DNA of 64,000 bases from Candidatus Poriferihabitaceae bacterium (GTDB taxonomy: Bacteria; Pseudomonadota; Gammaproteobacteria; Arenicellales; Poriferihabitantaceae), in contig OZ242021.1 of the NCBI GenBank assembly GCA_965204925.1, positions 1,420,000 through 1,483,999 on the forward strand, written 5' to 3'. The position numbers and the translations under genes are program-made. Below the pieces are notes generated by a model. It saw nothing but the letters and a program-made list of their open reading frames with translations, was not told where the DNA came from and did no database searches. This document shows, piece by piece, positions 9,924 through 20,747 of this stretch; within the stretch, counting starts at the first letter, position 1, and each line of letters opens with the position of its first letter.

Positions 9924-11468
9924 ATGGCGTCGCAGCCCGCGATCGAACATTGGACAACCGGCCGGCAGGGAGAGACCGCCAATGTCCGGTTGAGCGAGAT
10001 ACTTTGCGGGATTGCGGCGCTGAAGCTGGCCGATGACCGCCCGATCGGTCGACTGCAACTGGACAGCAGGCAGGTCAAGCGCGGTGATGTTTTTGTCGCC
10101 CTGCCCGGGAGCGCTAGCGACGGGCGGGACTACATCCCCGAGGCAATCCGTCGGCGGGCGGGCGCTGTTCTGTACGAACGTCACGGCTACGAGGCGCGTG
10201 GAAACGGGCGCCGGCAAGAGTCCGGGAAGAATATATCGCTCATTGGGGTGGACGATCTTGAAGGAAAACTGGGGCGCATCGCGTCCGCATATTTCCGCGC
10301 CCCGTCTTCTGCATTGCAGGTGATCGGCGTGACCGGGACCAATGGTAAAACCACGACAACCTGGCTGATTGCCCAGGCTCTCGAACGGTTGGGTCTTTCC
10401 TGCGGCTATGCGGGGACACTGGGGACAGGAAAACCCGGAAGTTTGCAGAGGTCTCGCTTAACCACTATGGATGTGATTTCCATACATCGGCAACTGGCTG
10501 ATTTTCGCAGGATGCGAATGGACGCGGTGAGTCTCGAGGTTTCCTCCCATGGTCTCGATCAGGGGCGTGTCAATGGCGTCGAGTTCGACATTGCTGTCCT
10601 CACCAATTTTTCCCGCGATCACCTTGATTATCATCATTCCATGAAGGAGTACGCGCGGGCAAAACGGAGGCTGTTTGATTTTGCGTCACTTGAGGTCGCA
10701 GTTGTCAATAATGATGACGCCTTCGGGCAAGATCTGGTTCGCTGGCTCGAAAGACACAGGAGTGGTCTGCGCTGCCTGACCTACGGTCTCGCGAATGCAC
10801 ATCTGACGCCCCGTAACGTTGAGATCAACAGCCGCGAGATTCGTTTCGATCTGGACTATCCGGGGGATTGCGGGCGTATGCGGGCAGCGTTGACCGGAGC
10901 GGTCAATGTCCCCAACATGCTGGCGGCAGCCGCAGTGTTGATCGGCATGGGTTACCGGGTCGCAGAAATTGCGGAAGTCATGCCCTCGTTGTCGGCGCCG
11001 CCGGGACGTATGGAATGGGTTGCCAATGAACCCTGGCAACCGGCTGTTGTCGTCGATTATGCCCACACTCCGGAGGCATTGGAACAGGCGCTGCGTTCAT
11101 GCAGGTCACTGTGCTGCGGCAAACTGGTTGTGGTGTTTGGTTGCGGCGGCGACCGCGACCCGGGAAAGCGGCCGCAGATGGGAGCGCTTGCCGAACGTTT
11201 CGCCGACCGTGTCATTATTACCGATGACAACCCCCGCTTCGAGTCGCCGCAGGCGATTGCCGGGCAGATTGCACAGGGCATGAAAAACAGGCCGATCGTC
11301 ATTCATGATCGGGAAACGGCCGTACTGCAGGCGGTGCGGGCGGCGACTGCCAAAGACCTGATCCTGTTAGCCGGGAAAGGTCATGAGACGCAACAGGTCG
11401 AGGGCAATGAAGCAAGGCCGTTGTGTGACCGGGATCTGGTACGGGAGTTACTGGAGCGGCTGTCATGA
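9924..11468 (+). CDS. murE: UDP-N-acetylmuramoyl-L-alanyl-D-glutamate--2,6-diaminopimelate ligase
   Basis: Mur ligase P-loop GVTGTNGKTTT. The DNPR motif (ITDDNPRFE) is typical of meso-DAP-adding MurE. Confidence 0.95.
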   Translation: MASQPAIEHWTTGRQGETANVRLSEILCGIAALKLADDRPIGRLQLDSRQVKRGDVFVALPGSASDGRDYIPEAIRRRAGAVLYERHGYEARGNGRRQESGKNISLIGVDDLEGKLGRIASAYFRAPSSALQVIGVTGTNGKTTTTWLIAQALERLGLSCGYAGTLGTGKPGSLQRSRLTTMDVISIHRQLADFRRMRMDAVSLEVSSHGLDQGRVNGVEFDIAVLTNFSRDHLDYHHSMKEYARAKRRLFDFASLEVAVVNNDDAFGQDLVRWLERHRSGLRCLTYGLANAHLTPRNVEINSREIRFDLDYPGDCGRMRAALTGAVNVPNMLAAAAVLIGMGYRVAEIAEVMPSLSAPPGRMEWVANEPWQPAVVVDYAHTPEALEQALRSCRSLCCGKLVVVFGCGGDRDPGKRPQMGALAERFADRVIITDDNPRFESPQAIAGQIAQGMKNRPIVIHDRETAVLQAVRAATAKDLILLAGKGHETQQVEGNEARPLCDRDLVRELLERLS

Positions 11469-12886
11469 TGACTTTGTCCGAAGCGGCGCGCATCGTGGGT
11501 GGAACGATGTCGGGAAACGACGCCGCATTCACCTCGGTGGGTACGGACTCAAGGACGATCGGGGCGGGCGGATTGTTCGTGGCCATCCCCGGGAAAAGAG
11601 TCGATGGCCATACGTTTTTGTCCCACGCCGCTACGGCCGGCGCGGTCGGCGCCATAGTGTCCGACAGGACATCGGCGGAGAGGTTGAACGGTGAACCGGG
11701 GTTGCCCCTGGTTGGCGTGCCGGATACTACGCTCGCTCTGGGGCGGTTGGGTAAAGACTGGCGGTCACGGTTCGACATCCCCGTGGCTGCGGTCACAGGC
11801 AGTAACGGGAAAACGACCGTTACCGCGATGACGGCCTCGATATTCAGGCAGTGGGGCCGTTGCCTGTCTCCACAAAAAAGTTTCAACAATGCGTGGGGAG
11901 TGCCGCTTACGTTGTTGCGGTTGACCGGTCGCCATCGCTTTGCGGTCATTGAAATGGGCGCCAGCCACCCGGGGGAAATCGAATACCTTGCCCGCCTGGC
12001 GGGACCGACCATAGCGCTTGTTAACAATGCGGCCCCCGCTCATCTGGAGGGGCTGGGCAGCATTGCACAGATCGCTCAGGAGAAAGCCGGAATTTTCGCG
12101 GGATTGCCGGCTTCGGGTGTCGCTGTCCTCAATGCGGATGATCGGTTCCACGACCAGTGGGCGGCCATGCTCAATGCTTCCCGTCCCGACATAACGATCG
12201 TTCGCTTTGCGATTGCCGCCGAAGCGGAGGTAAGCGCCTGCAACGTAAAGTCCGCAGTCTGCGCAAGCCGCTTCGATTTGCAGGTGCGGGGGCGTAGCAT
12301 TGCGGTCAATCTGCCATTGCCGGGGCGCCACAATATCATGAACGCGCTGGCCGCCGCCGCTGTCTGTTTTGCCGCGGGCGCCGGATTCGGGCAGATAAAG
12401 GATGGACTGGAAACGGTGTCCGCTGTGACAGGCCGCCTGGATATCAGGCCGGGGTTGGGCGGCGCCACCGTTATTGACGACAGCTATAACGCCAACCCGG
12501 AATCCATGCGCGCTGCAATTCATGTTTTGCGCCAGTACCGCGGTAAAAAGGTTCTGGCGCTTGGGGGCATGGCGGAATTGGGGGAAAGCAGCCCGCAGTT
12601 GCACGAGGAAGTGGGAGCGTACGCGAGAACCCAGGGCATCGATCACCTGTATTGCTATGCCCGCGACGGCAACGACCACGCCCGTTTTTATGCAGAACGC
12701 TTCGGCGGCAACGCTGGGATCTTTTACAGTATGGAAGAGTTGCAGCAGGCAGTAAAGCGGACTCTGGACGCGGACGCGGTGATACTGATCAAGGGCTCGC
12801 GGTCTTCCCGCATGGAACGTCTGGTGCATGAAGTAGTCGCAGCGCACCCGAACCGCCTGCCGCGAGAGGGGGAGTGCTTATGTTGA
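11465..12886 (+). CDS. murF: UDP-MurNAc-tripeptide--D-alanyl-D-alanine ligase
   Basis: [10 protein letters not shown]-loop and Mur ligase C-terminal domain. ATGA overlap with the murE stop. Confidence 0.95.
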   Translation: MMTLSEAARIVGGTMSGNDAAFTSVGTDSRTIGAGGLFVAIPGKRVDGHTFLSHAATAGAVGAIVSDRTSAERLNGEPGLPLVGVPDTTLALGRLGKDWRSRFDIPVAAVTGSNGKTTVTAMTASIFRQWGRCLSPQKSFNNAWGVPLTLLRLTGRHRFAVIEMGASHPGEIEYLARLAGPTIALVNNAAPAHLEGLGSIAQIAQEKAGIFAGLPASGVAVLNADDRFHDQWAAMLNASRPDITIVRFAIAAEAEVSACNVKSAVCASRFDLQVRGRSIAVNLPLPGRHNIMNALAAAAVCFAAGAGFGQIKDGLETVSAVTGRLDIRPGLGGATVIDDSYNANPESMRAAIHVLRQYRGKKVLALGGMAELGESSPQLHEEVGAYARTQGIDHLYCYARDGNDHARFYAERFGGNAGIFYSMEELQQAVKRTLDADAVILIKGSRSSRMERLVHEVVAAHPNRLPREGECLC

Positions 12887-13962
12887 CCTGGTTGTTTGAG
12901 AACCTCGCACGGGATTACAGCTTTCTCAACGTGTTCCGGTATCTGACATTCCGGGGAATATGTGGAGTGCTGACCGCAATCGGTATATTCTTTGTCTTCG
13001 GCCCGGCCATGATCCGCAAGCTCAGTGACTACCGGATCGGGCAGACCGTGCGGGCGGAAGGGCCGCCCACGCATTTCAGCAAAGTCGGTACGCCAACCAT
13101 GGGCGGGGGCCTGATCCTGGTTGCTGTGGTCGCGTCGACGCTGCTTTGGGGGGATTTGTCCAACCGCTATATCTGGGCGATCCTGTTTACAACGATTGCG
13201 TTCGGGGCCATTGGCTGGGTCGATGATTATCGTAAGCTGATTGGCCGCGACCCGAGGGGGATGGGCGCCCGCAACAAGTTCTTTTTTCAGAGTGTATCGG
13301 GGTTGGCAGTAGCGATTTTCCTGTTCCAGACGGCCAAACTGCCTGCGGAAACCGAGTTGCTCGTTCCGCTGTTCAAGGATATCGCTATCCCGTTGGGCTG
13401 GGGGTTCATCGCGCTGACCTGGTTCGTTGTGGTCGGTACCAGCAATGCTGTTAACCTGACCGACGGCCTCGACGGTCTGGCTATTATGCCGGCAGTCATG
13501 GTAGCCGGAGCGCTCGGTGTATTCGCGTATGCGTCCGGGAACCTGAACTTCTCTTCCTACCTGGGCATTCCTTATATCCCGGGGGCAGGGGAGGCGCTGG
13601 TTTTTTGCGCGGCGCTGGTGGGCGGCGGCCTGGGGTTTCTCTGGTTCAATACTTACCCGGCCCAGGTTTTCATGGGAGATATCGGCGCTCTTTCCCTGGG
13701 GGCCGCAATTGGAATCGTTGCCGTTATCGTGCGTCAGGAAATCGTGCTCGTCATCATGGGCGGAATTTTTGTGGTGGAAACGGTTTCGGTGATATTGCAG
13801 GTCGCTTCTTTCAAACTGATTGGCAGGAGGATATTCAGGATGGCCCCCTTGCACCACCACTTCGAACTGAAGGGCTGGCCCGAGCCCAGGGTCATTGTCC
13901 GATTCTGGATAATCAGCCTGATCCTGGTATTGATGGGGCTGGCGACATTGAAAATTCGCTGA
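12880..13962 (+). CDS. mraY: Phospho-N-acetylmuramoyl-pentapeptide transferase
   Basis: Polytopic membrane protein with [13 protein letters not shown] and [13 protein letters not shown]. The ATG at 12880 is preceded by GAGGGGGAG; the ORF-track start at 12874 is a GTG. Confidence 0.95.
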   Translation: MLTWLFENLARDYSFLNVFRYLTFRGICGVLTAIGIFFVFGPAMIRKLSDYRIGQTVRAEGPPTHFSKVGTPTMGGGLILVAVVASTLLWGDLSNRYIWAILFTTIAFGAIGWVDDYRKLIGRDPRGMGARNKFFFQSVSGLAVAIFLFQTAKLPAETELLVPLFKDIAIPLGWGFIALTWFVVVGTSNAVNLTDGLDGLAIMPAVMVAGALGVFAYASGNLNFSSYLGIPYIPGAGEALVFCAALVGGGLGFLWFNTYPAQVFMGDIGALSLGAAIGIVAVIVRQEIVLVIMGGIFVVETVSVILQVASFKLIGRRIFRMAPLHHHFELKGWPEPRVIVRFWIISLILVLMGLATLKIR

Positions 13963-13976
13963 GCTTGCCGGTGTTG

Positions 13977-15347
13977 ATGATGATTGTGGCTGAACGGAGA
14001 CAACCTGTACCTGAATCCGCTCTGGTAGTCGGCCTTGGCATAACCGGCTTTTCGGTTGTCCGCCACCTCGCGCCAACCGGTTGCCGGATTACGGTAGCCG
14101 ATTCACGCCAACGGCCGCCTTATCTCGACCAGGTGAAACAGCGGTTCCCCGATGTGAATCTCGTCATGGGCCGCATTCCCTGCCAGCGTTTTGCCGAGTT
14201 TGACGAGGTTATCACAAGTCCGGGTATCAAGGTCACGGGCAGCGGTAATGCAAAGCTGCCGATCAGCGACATAGAACTTTTTGCCCGTGCGGCGAACGCA
14301 CCCGTGATCGCGGTTACCGGTTCGAATGGCAAGTCCACCGTCACCATGCTCGTTACCAATATGCTGTTGGCTGCCGGCCATGCTGTCAGGACCGGAGGCA
14401 ATATCGGTGTTCCCGCGCTTGATTTGCTTGAGGGAGGGAGGCCGGATTTTCATGTCCTCGAGTTGTCCAGCTTCCAGTTGGAAAATACCCGGACACTGAA
14501 ACCGCTTGTGGCGACTGTTCTTAATATCAGCGCCGACCACATGGACCGCTATACCGGGCTGAACGATTACGCCGATGCCAAATTGCGGATTTTCCGGGGC
14601 GCGCGGCATTGCGTCATCAATCGTGATGACCGAATAACGGAGAAGCGGACGGCGAGCGCCTCCTCTCACTGCAGCTTTGGCATGGACGCTCCGTATAATG
14701 ACCGGGATTTCGGCATTGTCCGGCGCATGGGAGAGCGTTTCATCGCGCACGGGAGCAAAGCGCTTGCGCGGGTCGACCGAATGACGTTGCAGGGCGAACA
14801 GAATATCGCCAATGCGCTGGCGGCGTTCGCCCTGGTGCAATCGGCCGGAGTGGGGCTGACAGCCAATGTGGTGTGCGCCGCGCTTGACTATAGCGGCTTG
14901 CCTCACCGTTGCGAAATGGTCAGGGAGATCAATCGGGTTAAATGGATCAACGATTCCAAGGGCACAAATCAGGGAGCCACTATTGCAGCAATCAAGGGAT
15001 TGCGCCGGCCAATGATCCTGATCCTCGGCGGCCAGGGGAAGGGTGCGGATTTCTCGGCCATGGCCGATGTGATCGATGACAGGGTGGCTCACTCCTTTGT
15101 TTACGGTGAGGACGCTGACAGGATTGTGGCCTGTTTCAGGAAGGAGTCAACGGTGACCCGTGTGGATACGCTGGATGAGGCCGTAGAACGGTCATTCCGT
15201 CTGGCAAGGCCCGGAGATACCGTTTTATTTTCTCCGGCATGCGCGAGCTACGACATGTTCGACAGTTACGAGCATCGGGGCAACCGGTTCAGGCAACAGG
15301 TTCTGGAACTGGCCGACAACGGAGGTGGACATGAACCGGCAGGCTAG
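13977..15347 (+). CDS. murD: UDP-N-acetylmuramoylalanine--D-glutamate ligase
   Basis: Internal ATG of ORF 13605..15347 (MMIVAERR...). N-terminal Rossmann motif VVGLGITGFS and P-loop VTGSNGKSTV. Confidence 0.9.
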   Translation: MMIVAERRQPVPESALVVGLGITGFSVVRHLAPTGCRITVADSRQRPPYLDQVKQRFPDVNLVMGRIPCQRFAEFDEVITSPGIKVTGSGNAKLPISDIELFARAANAPVIAVTGSNGKSTVTMLVTNMLLAAGHAVRTGGNIGVPALDLLEGGRPDFHVLELSSFQLENTRTLKPLVATVLNISADHMDRYTGLNDYADAKLRIFRGARHCVINRDDRITEKRTASASSHCSFGMDAPYNDRDFGIVRRMGERFIAHGSKALARVDRMTLQGEQNIANALAAFALVQSAGVGLTANVVCAALDYSGLPHRCEMVREINRVKWINDSKGTNQGATIAAIKGLRRPMILILGGQGKGADFSAMADVIDDRVAHSFVYGEDADRIVACFRKESTVTRVDTLDEAVERSFRLARPGDTVLFSPACASYDMFDSYEHRGNRFRQQVLELADNGGGHEPAG

Positions 15348-16491
15348 AGTGGTTGCCATCAAAAACGGGCTGGCGGCCGGAGACCATGACTACTGGCTGG
15401 TATTGATTGTCGTCGCTCTCGTATCGATCGGTACGATCATGGTGTTCTCGGCCACCATTGCCGGGGGAGACCCGGATCAGGGCAGCAATTTCACCCATCT
15501 GACCCGGCACCTGGCACACGTTGGGGTGGGCGCCGTTGTCTTTTGGGGTATGGCGTCCATCCGAACGGACTGGCTGGAGAGGATGAACAGCGTATATCTG
15601 CCGCTGGCAATGCTGCTGTTGCTGGCATTGGTATTCACCGGTCTGGGTGTGGAGGTCAATGGCAGCTCTCGCTGGATCGATGTCGGCGGGATACGCCTGC
15701 AACCCTCGGAGTTCGTAAAGATTGCGCTGGTCGTCTATCTCGCCAGTTATCTGTCCAGAAAAAAGGACGATCTGCACGTGTTCAGGATCGGCATGATCAA
15801 TCCGGGGTTGGTGGCAGGCGCCCTCGTTTTGCTGCTGCTGTTCCAGCCCGACTTTGGCGCTGCGGTCGTGATCCTGGCTACCGCTGCCATCATGCTGCTG
15901 CTGGCGGGGGTGCGCATTTCACACTTTGTGGTCAGCATCACTGCCGTCGCAGGACTGATGACGCTGATCGTGTGGATGGAGCCTTATCGGGTGGTCCGTT
16001 TGCTCAGCTACAGGGACCCCTGGGCAGACCCGTTCGGGTCGGGCTTCCAACTGGTGCAGTCATTGATCGCGATCGGTCGGGGGGGGTGGTTCGGAACCGG
16101 TCTGGGCGGCAGTATACAGAAACTGTCCTATTTGCCGCATGCCGGTAATGACTTTTTGATCGCGATCATCGGCGAAGAGCTCGGGGCAATCGGTATTTTC
16201 TGTGTGCTGTCGTTATTTGCAATGCTTTTGTTCCTTGCTCTCGTTATCGGACAACGGGCGCTGGCGCAGGGATATTACTTTTGCGGGTTTTTGGCCCAGG
16301 GAACCGGGTTCATTCTTGCGCTGCAGGCCGCGCTGCACACGGGCGTCAATACCGGGTTGCTGCCTACCAAAGGACTGGTCCTGCCGCTCATGAGTTATGG
16401 AGGAAGCAGCCTGCTCGCCAACATGGCGGCAGTCGGTTTGTTGTGCGCCGTCAGCCGGCGCACCCGTCTGCAACTCGGGGGCGGACGATGA
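15325..16491 (+). CDS. ftsW: Peptidoglycan glycosyltransferase FtsW (SEDS family)
   Basis: 388-aa polytopic membrane protein with QPSEFVKIAL and SYGGSSLL motifs. dcw position between murD and murG. Confidence 0.95.
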   Translation: MDMNRQARVVAIKNGLAAGDHDYWLVLIVVALVSIGTIMVFSATIAGGDPDQGSNFTHLTRHLAHVGVGAVVFWGMASIRTDWLERMNSVYLPLAMLLLLALVFTGLGVEVNGSSRWIDVGGIRLQPSEFVKIALVVYLASYLSRKKDDLHVFRIGMINPGLVAGALVLLLLFQPDFGAAVVILATAAIMLLLAGVRISHFVVSITAVAGLMTLIVWMEPYRVVRLLSYRDPWADPFGSGFQLVQSLIAIGRGGWFGTGLGGSIQKLSYLPHAGNDFLIAIIGEELGAIGIFCVLSLFAMLLFLALVIGQRALAQGYYFCGFLAQGTGFILALQAALHTGVNTGLLPTKGLVLPLMSYGGSSLLANMAAVGLLCAVSRRTRLQLGGGR

Positions 16492-17558
16492 CCCGAATCA
16501 TGATTATGGCAGGGGGAACGGGCGGGCACGTAATGCCTGCGCTGGAAGTTGCAAAAGCGTTGATCGACAAGGGTGTTGCTGTCAGCTGGATCGGCACTTG
16601 TGCAGGTTTGGAAGCGCGATTGGTTCCCGCATCCGCTATCCCCTTCGATCCAATCAAGGTCAGTGGGTTCGGACACGGCGGGCCATTACACAAGGCTGGG
16701 ACGCTTTTGTTGTTGATCAGGGCTATGGCACAGACATTCAGGCTAATCAGGAAATACAAGCCCGAAGCCGTATTGGGTATGGGGGGGTTCGTAGCGGGTC
16801 CGGGCGGGTTGATTGCCGCGGCGCTGGGGTTGCCGCTGCTGCTTCACGAACAGAACGTCGTGGCCGGCCTGACCAATCGTTGGCTGGCGCGCTTCAGCGG
16901 GAACGTACTGAGCGGGTTCCCGCAGGCGCGGGGTATCCGCCATTTCACCTGGGTCGGCAATCCGGTGAGGGAGGATATTACCGAAATTCCGGAGCCTGCG
17001 CAAAGACTGGCCAACAGAAGCGGAGTGTTGAGAATACTGGTGACCGGCGGCAGCCAGGGAGCCTCCGTATTTAATCGAACATTGCCGGCATTGCTGAAGT
17101 CGGCCGCTATTCGGGCGCCCGATATCTGGCATCAATGTGGTCAGCATCAAGCCGGGGAGTCGGGTGAAGCCTGGCGGCAGGCGGGAATCCGTTGCCGGGT
17201 GGATGCGTTTATCGAAGATATGGCGAAGGCTTACGAATGGTGCGATATCATAATCTGTCGTTCGGGAGCGATGACCGTCTCCGAGGTCTGTTGTGCCGGT
17301 ATAGCGGCGATTTTCGTGCCTTATCCCCATGCAGTCAGTGATCACCAGGCCATGAACGCCGATTACCTGGTCAGGGCCAATGCCGCATTCATGGTCCGTG
17401 AGGAGGCGTTCATTGCCGGCAGCTGGCTGGACATTCTGTCCGAACTGGAGCGCGACCGTGGCAAGCTGGCGGCTGTGGCAAGTTCCGCAAGGAGATTGTC
17501 GAAACCGGCAGCGACACAGGATGTCGTCAACCGATGTCTGGAGGCGATACATGCGTGA
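16488..17558 (+). CDS. murG: UDP-GlcNAc:undecaprenyl-PP-MurNAc-pentapeptide GlcNAc transferase
   Basis: Internal ATG (MTRIMIMAGGTGGHVMPALEVA) overlaps the ftsW stop by ATGA. GT28 fold. Confidence 0.95.
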   Translation: MTRIMIMAGGTGGHVMPALEVAKALIDKGVAVSWIGTCAGLEARLVPASAIPFDPIKVSGFGHGGPLHKAGTLLLLIRAMAQTFRLIRKYKPEAVLGMGGFVAGPGGLIAAALGLPLLLHEQNVVAGLTNRWLARFSGNVLSGFPQARGIRHFTWVGNPVREDITEIPEPAQRLANRSGVLRILVTGGSQGASVFNRTLPALLKSAAIRAPDIWHQCGQHQAGESGEAWRQAGIRCRVDAFIEDMAKAYEWCDIIICRSGAMTVSEVCCAGIAAIFVPYPHAVSDHQAMNADYLVRANAAFMVREEAFIAGSWLDILSELERDRGKLAAVASSARRLSKPAATQDVVNRCLEAIHA

Positions 17559-18957
17559 ATTTGTCAAGCATGTTCATTTCGCCGGAATTGGCGGGATTGG
17601 CATGAGCGGGATTGCCGAAGTCCTGCTGGACCTGGGGTTCCGTATTTCGGGATCGGATATTGTCAGAACGAAGATTACCGACCGGCTTGAAAAAGCGGGG
17701 GCAACCCTGTTCATCGGTCATGACCCGTCCAATATAAAGGGCGCCGACGCGGTTGTGTATTCAAGCGCCCTCAAGAGGACGAACAGTGAGATTCAGGCGG
17801 CGTTGCGTCAATCCGTGCCGCTCGTGCCGCGCGCCGAAATGTTGGGAGAACTGATGCGTTTCAGGAAGGGAATTGCGGTTGCCGGCACGCACGGAAAGAC
17901 TACCACAACGAGTCTGATCGGAGCTGTTCTGGCCGGGGGCGGGGTCGACCCGACCCTGATCGTTGGCGGTGTCGTTAATAGTATGCACAGTAACGCCAGG
18001 CTGGGCCAGGGAGAGTACATGGTGGCCGAAGCAGACGAAAGCGATGCCACGTTCCTGCATTTGCAACCCCAGATGGCGGTCGTGACCAATATCGACCGCG
18101 ACCACATGGAGACTTATAAAGGCGATTTCAGCCAACTGAAACAGGCCTTTCTCGATTTCCTCCACAATCTGCCGTTTTATGGTCTGGCGATATTGTGTTT
18201 TGACGATTCGGGGGTGCGCAAAATCGCAGAGCGGCTGAGAAAGCCTTTTGAAAGTTATGGGTTTACAGATGGTGTAGATTATCAGGCCGTCGACATTTCC
18301 CGCGAAGGTCGAAACAGTTCGTTCAGCGTATTGCGTTACGGTGAGTCGATCGGGGAGTTCCGGGTGGCGATGCCGGGGGTTCACAACGTTCAGAATGCGC
18401 TTGCCGCGATAGTGGTCGCGTACAGGCTCGGGTTGCCAACGCAATCAATCCGTGCCGCCCTGTCCGGGTTTCAGGGAATCGGGCGCCGCTTCCAGCAGTT
18501 GGGCGCAGTCAGGTTCGGGTCACATTTTGTCGAGATGGTGGATGACTACGCCCATCACCCGACGGAAATAACGGCGACTCTGAAAGCGTGTTGCGACCTC
18601 TATCCCGGAAGAAAAGTCCTGGTCGTTTTTCAGCCTCACCGGTTTACCCGTACGCGGGATTTGCTTGATGATTTCGTACAGTCGCTGGCGCATATGGAAA
18701 ATCTGGTTATCACGGAAGTTTATCCTGCCGGCGAGCAACCGCTTGCCGGGGGGGACGGGCGCTCCCTGTGCCGGGCCATAAGGCAGCTGGGCGGAGAGCC
18801 GGTTTTTACGGAATCGCTGGAAACGCTGAACGATATCTTGCCCGGCCTTGCGCAAACCAGTGACGTCCTCCTGACATTGGGAGCCGGAGATATTGGCCGC
18901 TTTGCCCGCAATCTGGCATTACAGCTGCAATCGAACGAAAAAAGGAACCGGCAATGA
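17551..18957 (+). CDS. murC: UDP-N-acetylmuramate--L-alanine ligase
   Basis: Internal ATG (MREFVKHVHFAGIGGIGMSGIAEVL) overlaps the murG stop. P-loop GTHGKTTTT. Confidence 0.95.
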   Translation: MREFVKHVHFAGIGGIGMSGIAEVLLDLGFRISGSDIVRTKITDRLEKAGATLFIGHDPSNIKGADAVVYSSALKRTNSEIQAALRQSVPLVPRAEMLGELMRFRKGIAVAGTHGKTTTTSLIGAVLAGGGVDPTLIVGGVVNSMHSNARLGQGEYMVAEADESDATFLHLQPQMAVVTNIDRDHMETYKGDFSQLKQAFLDFLHNLPFYGLAILCFDDSGVRKIAERLRKPFESYGFTDGVDYQAVDISREGRNSSFSVLRYGESIGEFRVAMPGVHNVQNALAAIVVAYRLGLPTQSIRAALSGFQGIGRRFQQLGAVRFGSHFVEMVDDYAHHPTEITATLKACCDLYPGRKVLVVFQPHRFTRTRDLLDDFVQSLAHMENLVITEVYPAGEQPLAGGDGRSLCRAIRQLGGEPVFTESLETLNDILPGLAQTSDVLLTLGAGDIGRFARNLALQLQSNEKRNRQ

Positions 18958-19895
18958 TCGCTGAGACGCCTCCATCGGTACCCGCTTGTTTGCAGGACGC
19001 AAGGGGGCAGTTGCGGATCAATGAACCCATGTCGAAACATACCAGTTGGCGGACAGGGGGAATGGCTGATTTTTTCTATTATCCGTCAGACAAGCAGGAT
19101 CTGGTCAGCCTGATCAAACGCTTGCCCGGGGAAATGCAGGTCCACTGGATCGGGCTTGGCAGCAACCTGTTGGTGCGTGACGGAGGAGTTGAGGGCATTG
19201 TCATCTGTACGTCGAAAGGGTTGAACAAAATCACGATCATGCCGGCGGGCCGGATGTATGTTGAATCGGGAGTGTCCTGTTCCAGGGTAGCGAGAACGGC
19301 AGTGCGAAACAAACTGGGCGGGGTTGAATTCCTGGCCGGGGTTCCGGGTTCATTTGGCGGCGCGCTGGCCATGAATGCGGGGGCGTTCGGAGGGGAAACC
19401 TGGCAGTGGGTCGAGAGAGTCGAATGCGTTGACCGGTGCGGCAAGCGCGTGCTCATGGAGCGCTCCGGAGTGCGCTATGGATACCGTCATGTCGAACTCC
19501 CGCAGGATTGCTGGTTGCTCGGCGCCACACTGAAGCTGCAACCGGTGGCAAGCGCAGTGGACGGCAAGGCAGCCATGCGCGACTTGTTGCGAGTCCGTTC
19601 GCGCTCGCAACCGGTGCAAAGCGCCAACGCGGGATCGGTTTTCAGAAATCCCGATGGAAGTTTCGCGGCAGAGCTGATCGAGCAGGCCGGACTGAAAGGG
19701 CATGTGGTCGGCGGAGCCCGCGTCTCCGGGCTGCATGCGAACTTTATCATCAATGACGGTGGCGCCAGTTCCGCAGATATTGAGCGTCTCATCGATCATA
19801 TACGCGACCGGGTAAGGGAAAGTTGTGGCGTCGATTTACAACTTGAGGTGCATATCATGGGTCGGGAAAAATGTGATGTTCGAGCGGGCTGTTGA
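18954..19895 (+). CDS. murB: UDP-N-acetylenolpyruvoylglucosamine reductase
   Basis: FAD-binding PCMH-type N-terminus (WRTGGMADFFYYP, GLGSNLLVRD) and MurB C-terminal domain (GSVFRNP). Confidence 0.9.
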   Translation: MIAETPPSVPACLQDARGQLRINEPMSKHTSWRTGGMADFFYYPSDKQDLVSLIKRLPGEMQVHWIGLGSNLLVRDGGVEGIVICTSKGLNKITIMPAGRMYVESGVSCSRVARTAVRNKLGGVEFLAGVPGSFGGALAMNAGAFGGETWQWVERVECVDRCGKRVLMERSGVRYGYRHVELPQDCWLLGATLKLQPVASAVDGKAAMRDLLRVRSRSQPVQSANAGSVFRNPDGSFAAELIEQAGLKGHVVGGARVSGLHANFIINDGGASSADIERLIDHIRDRVRESCGVDLQLEVHIMGREKCDVRAGC

Positions 19896-20745
19896 CAACA
19901 ACGTTATTGCCGATGAGGCGGCCGTTGATGGCGCCAATCAGGGTTCCTCGCGCGTTTCAGCGTGGGAAATGGCGACGGGTCGTCTGTTGTTGACCCTGTT
20001 GGTGATCCTGTTCGTTGCAGACTGGTTGTTTCAGCCCGGCAAATTTCAAATCGAGGAGATCCGGGTATACGGCGAATCCGCGGATTCGGGTAATGAACAG
20101 ATCGAGAAAGTGGTGCGAGACGCCCTTGACGGCAATTTCTTTTCGACGAGTCTCAAGCGGCTGGAACATGAGGTCGAGCAACTGCCCCGGGTATTTTCCG
20201 CTTCGCTTCGTCGTCAATGGCCGTCAACGATTGTAGTCAATGTAGTTGAAGCGGAGTTTGCCGCTCGCTGGGGCAGCGACAAATGGTTGAGTACCGCTGG
20301 CGACCTCGTGGTGCGGAAGGTCAATGAAAGATGGGATCACAGCGCTCTGGCGCGCCTCGACGGCCCCGAGGACCAGGCTGAAGCCGTGTGGAATGTATTC
20401 CGGCAATGGTCGGGGAAGTTTGCGGCGGCCGGATTGTCGCTGGATGCCCTGAACCTGAGTCCAACCGGTTTGCTTGATTTCACGATCAGCGCCGCGGATT
20501 CCGGGCTGCAACGCGAACAGCGTCCCGCGCATGGGCATACGGCCGACACGGAGGTAACGCTGATTGTCGAGTTGCAAAACTCCCGGATACGGGTGCGGAG
20601 GTTTCTGGACGCCCTCAACGAGGGATTACTGGCGCGCTTCCCGGAAATGGCATCGGTCGACTTGCGCTATCCGCATGGTTTTGCGATCGGTTGGCGCGGG
20701 CGCGGCACGGCGGCAGCGGCCGATTCGGAGCCGGGGGAGGCATAG
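19876..20745 (+). CDS. ftsQ: Cell division protein FtsQ
   Basis: Position between murB and ftsA. Single TM (LLLTLLVILFVADWLF) followed by a POTRA-like region (FQIEEIRVYGE). Start chosen at the in-frame ATG 19876; it is uncertain and could be 19825. Confidence 0.8.
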   Translation: MFERAVDNNVIADEAAVDGANQGSSRVSAWEMATGRLLLTLLVILFVADWLFQPGKFQIEEIRVYGESADSGNEQIEKVVRDALDGNFFSTSLKRLEHEVEQLPRVFSASLRRQWPSTIVVNVVEAEFAARWGSDKWLSTAGDLVVRKVNERWDHSALARLDGPEDQAEAVWNVFRQWSGKFAAAGLSLDALNLSPTGLLDFTISAADSGLQREQRPAHGHTADTEVTLIVELQNSRIRVRRFLDALNEGLLARFPEMASVDLRYPHGFAIGWRGRGTAAAADSEPGEA

Positions 20746-20747
20746 CC

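Noticed and set aside
12724-14076. 450-aa minus-strand ORF. Similar long antisense ORFs occur at 11765-12847, 14103-15092, 16743-17567, 17761-18444, 20922-21782, 25697-26638, 26735-27718, 46531-47505 and 59054-60001.
   Set aside because: All lie fully antisense to strongly motif-supported genes (murF, mraY, murD, murG, murC, ftsA, secA, sufB/C, PhyH). Their composition is Arg/Pro/Gly/His-rich and low-complexity, typical of open antisense frames in GC-rich DNA. They have no motifs.
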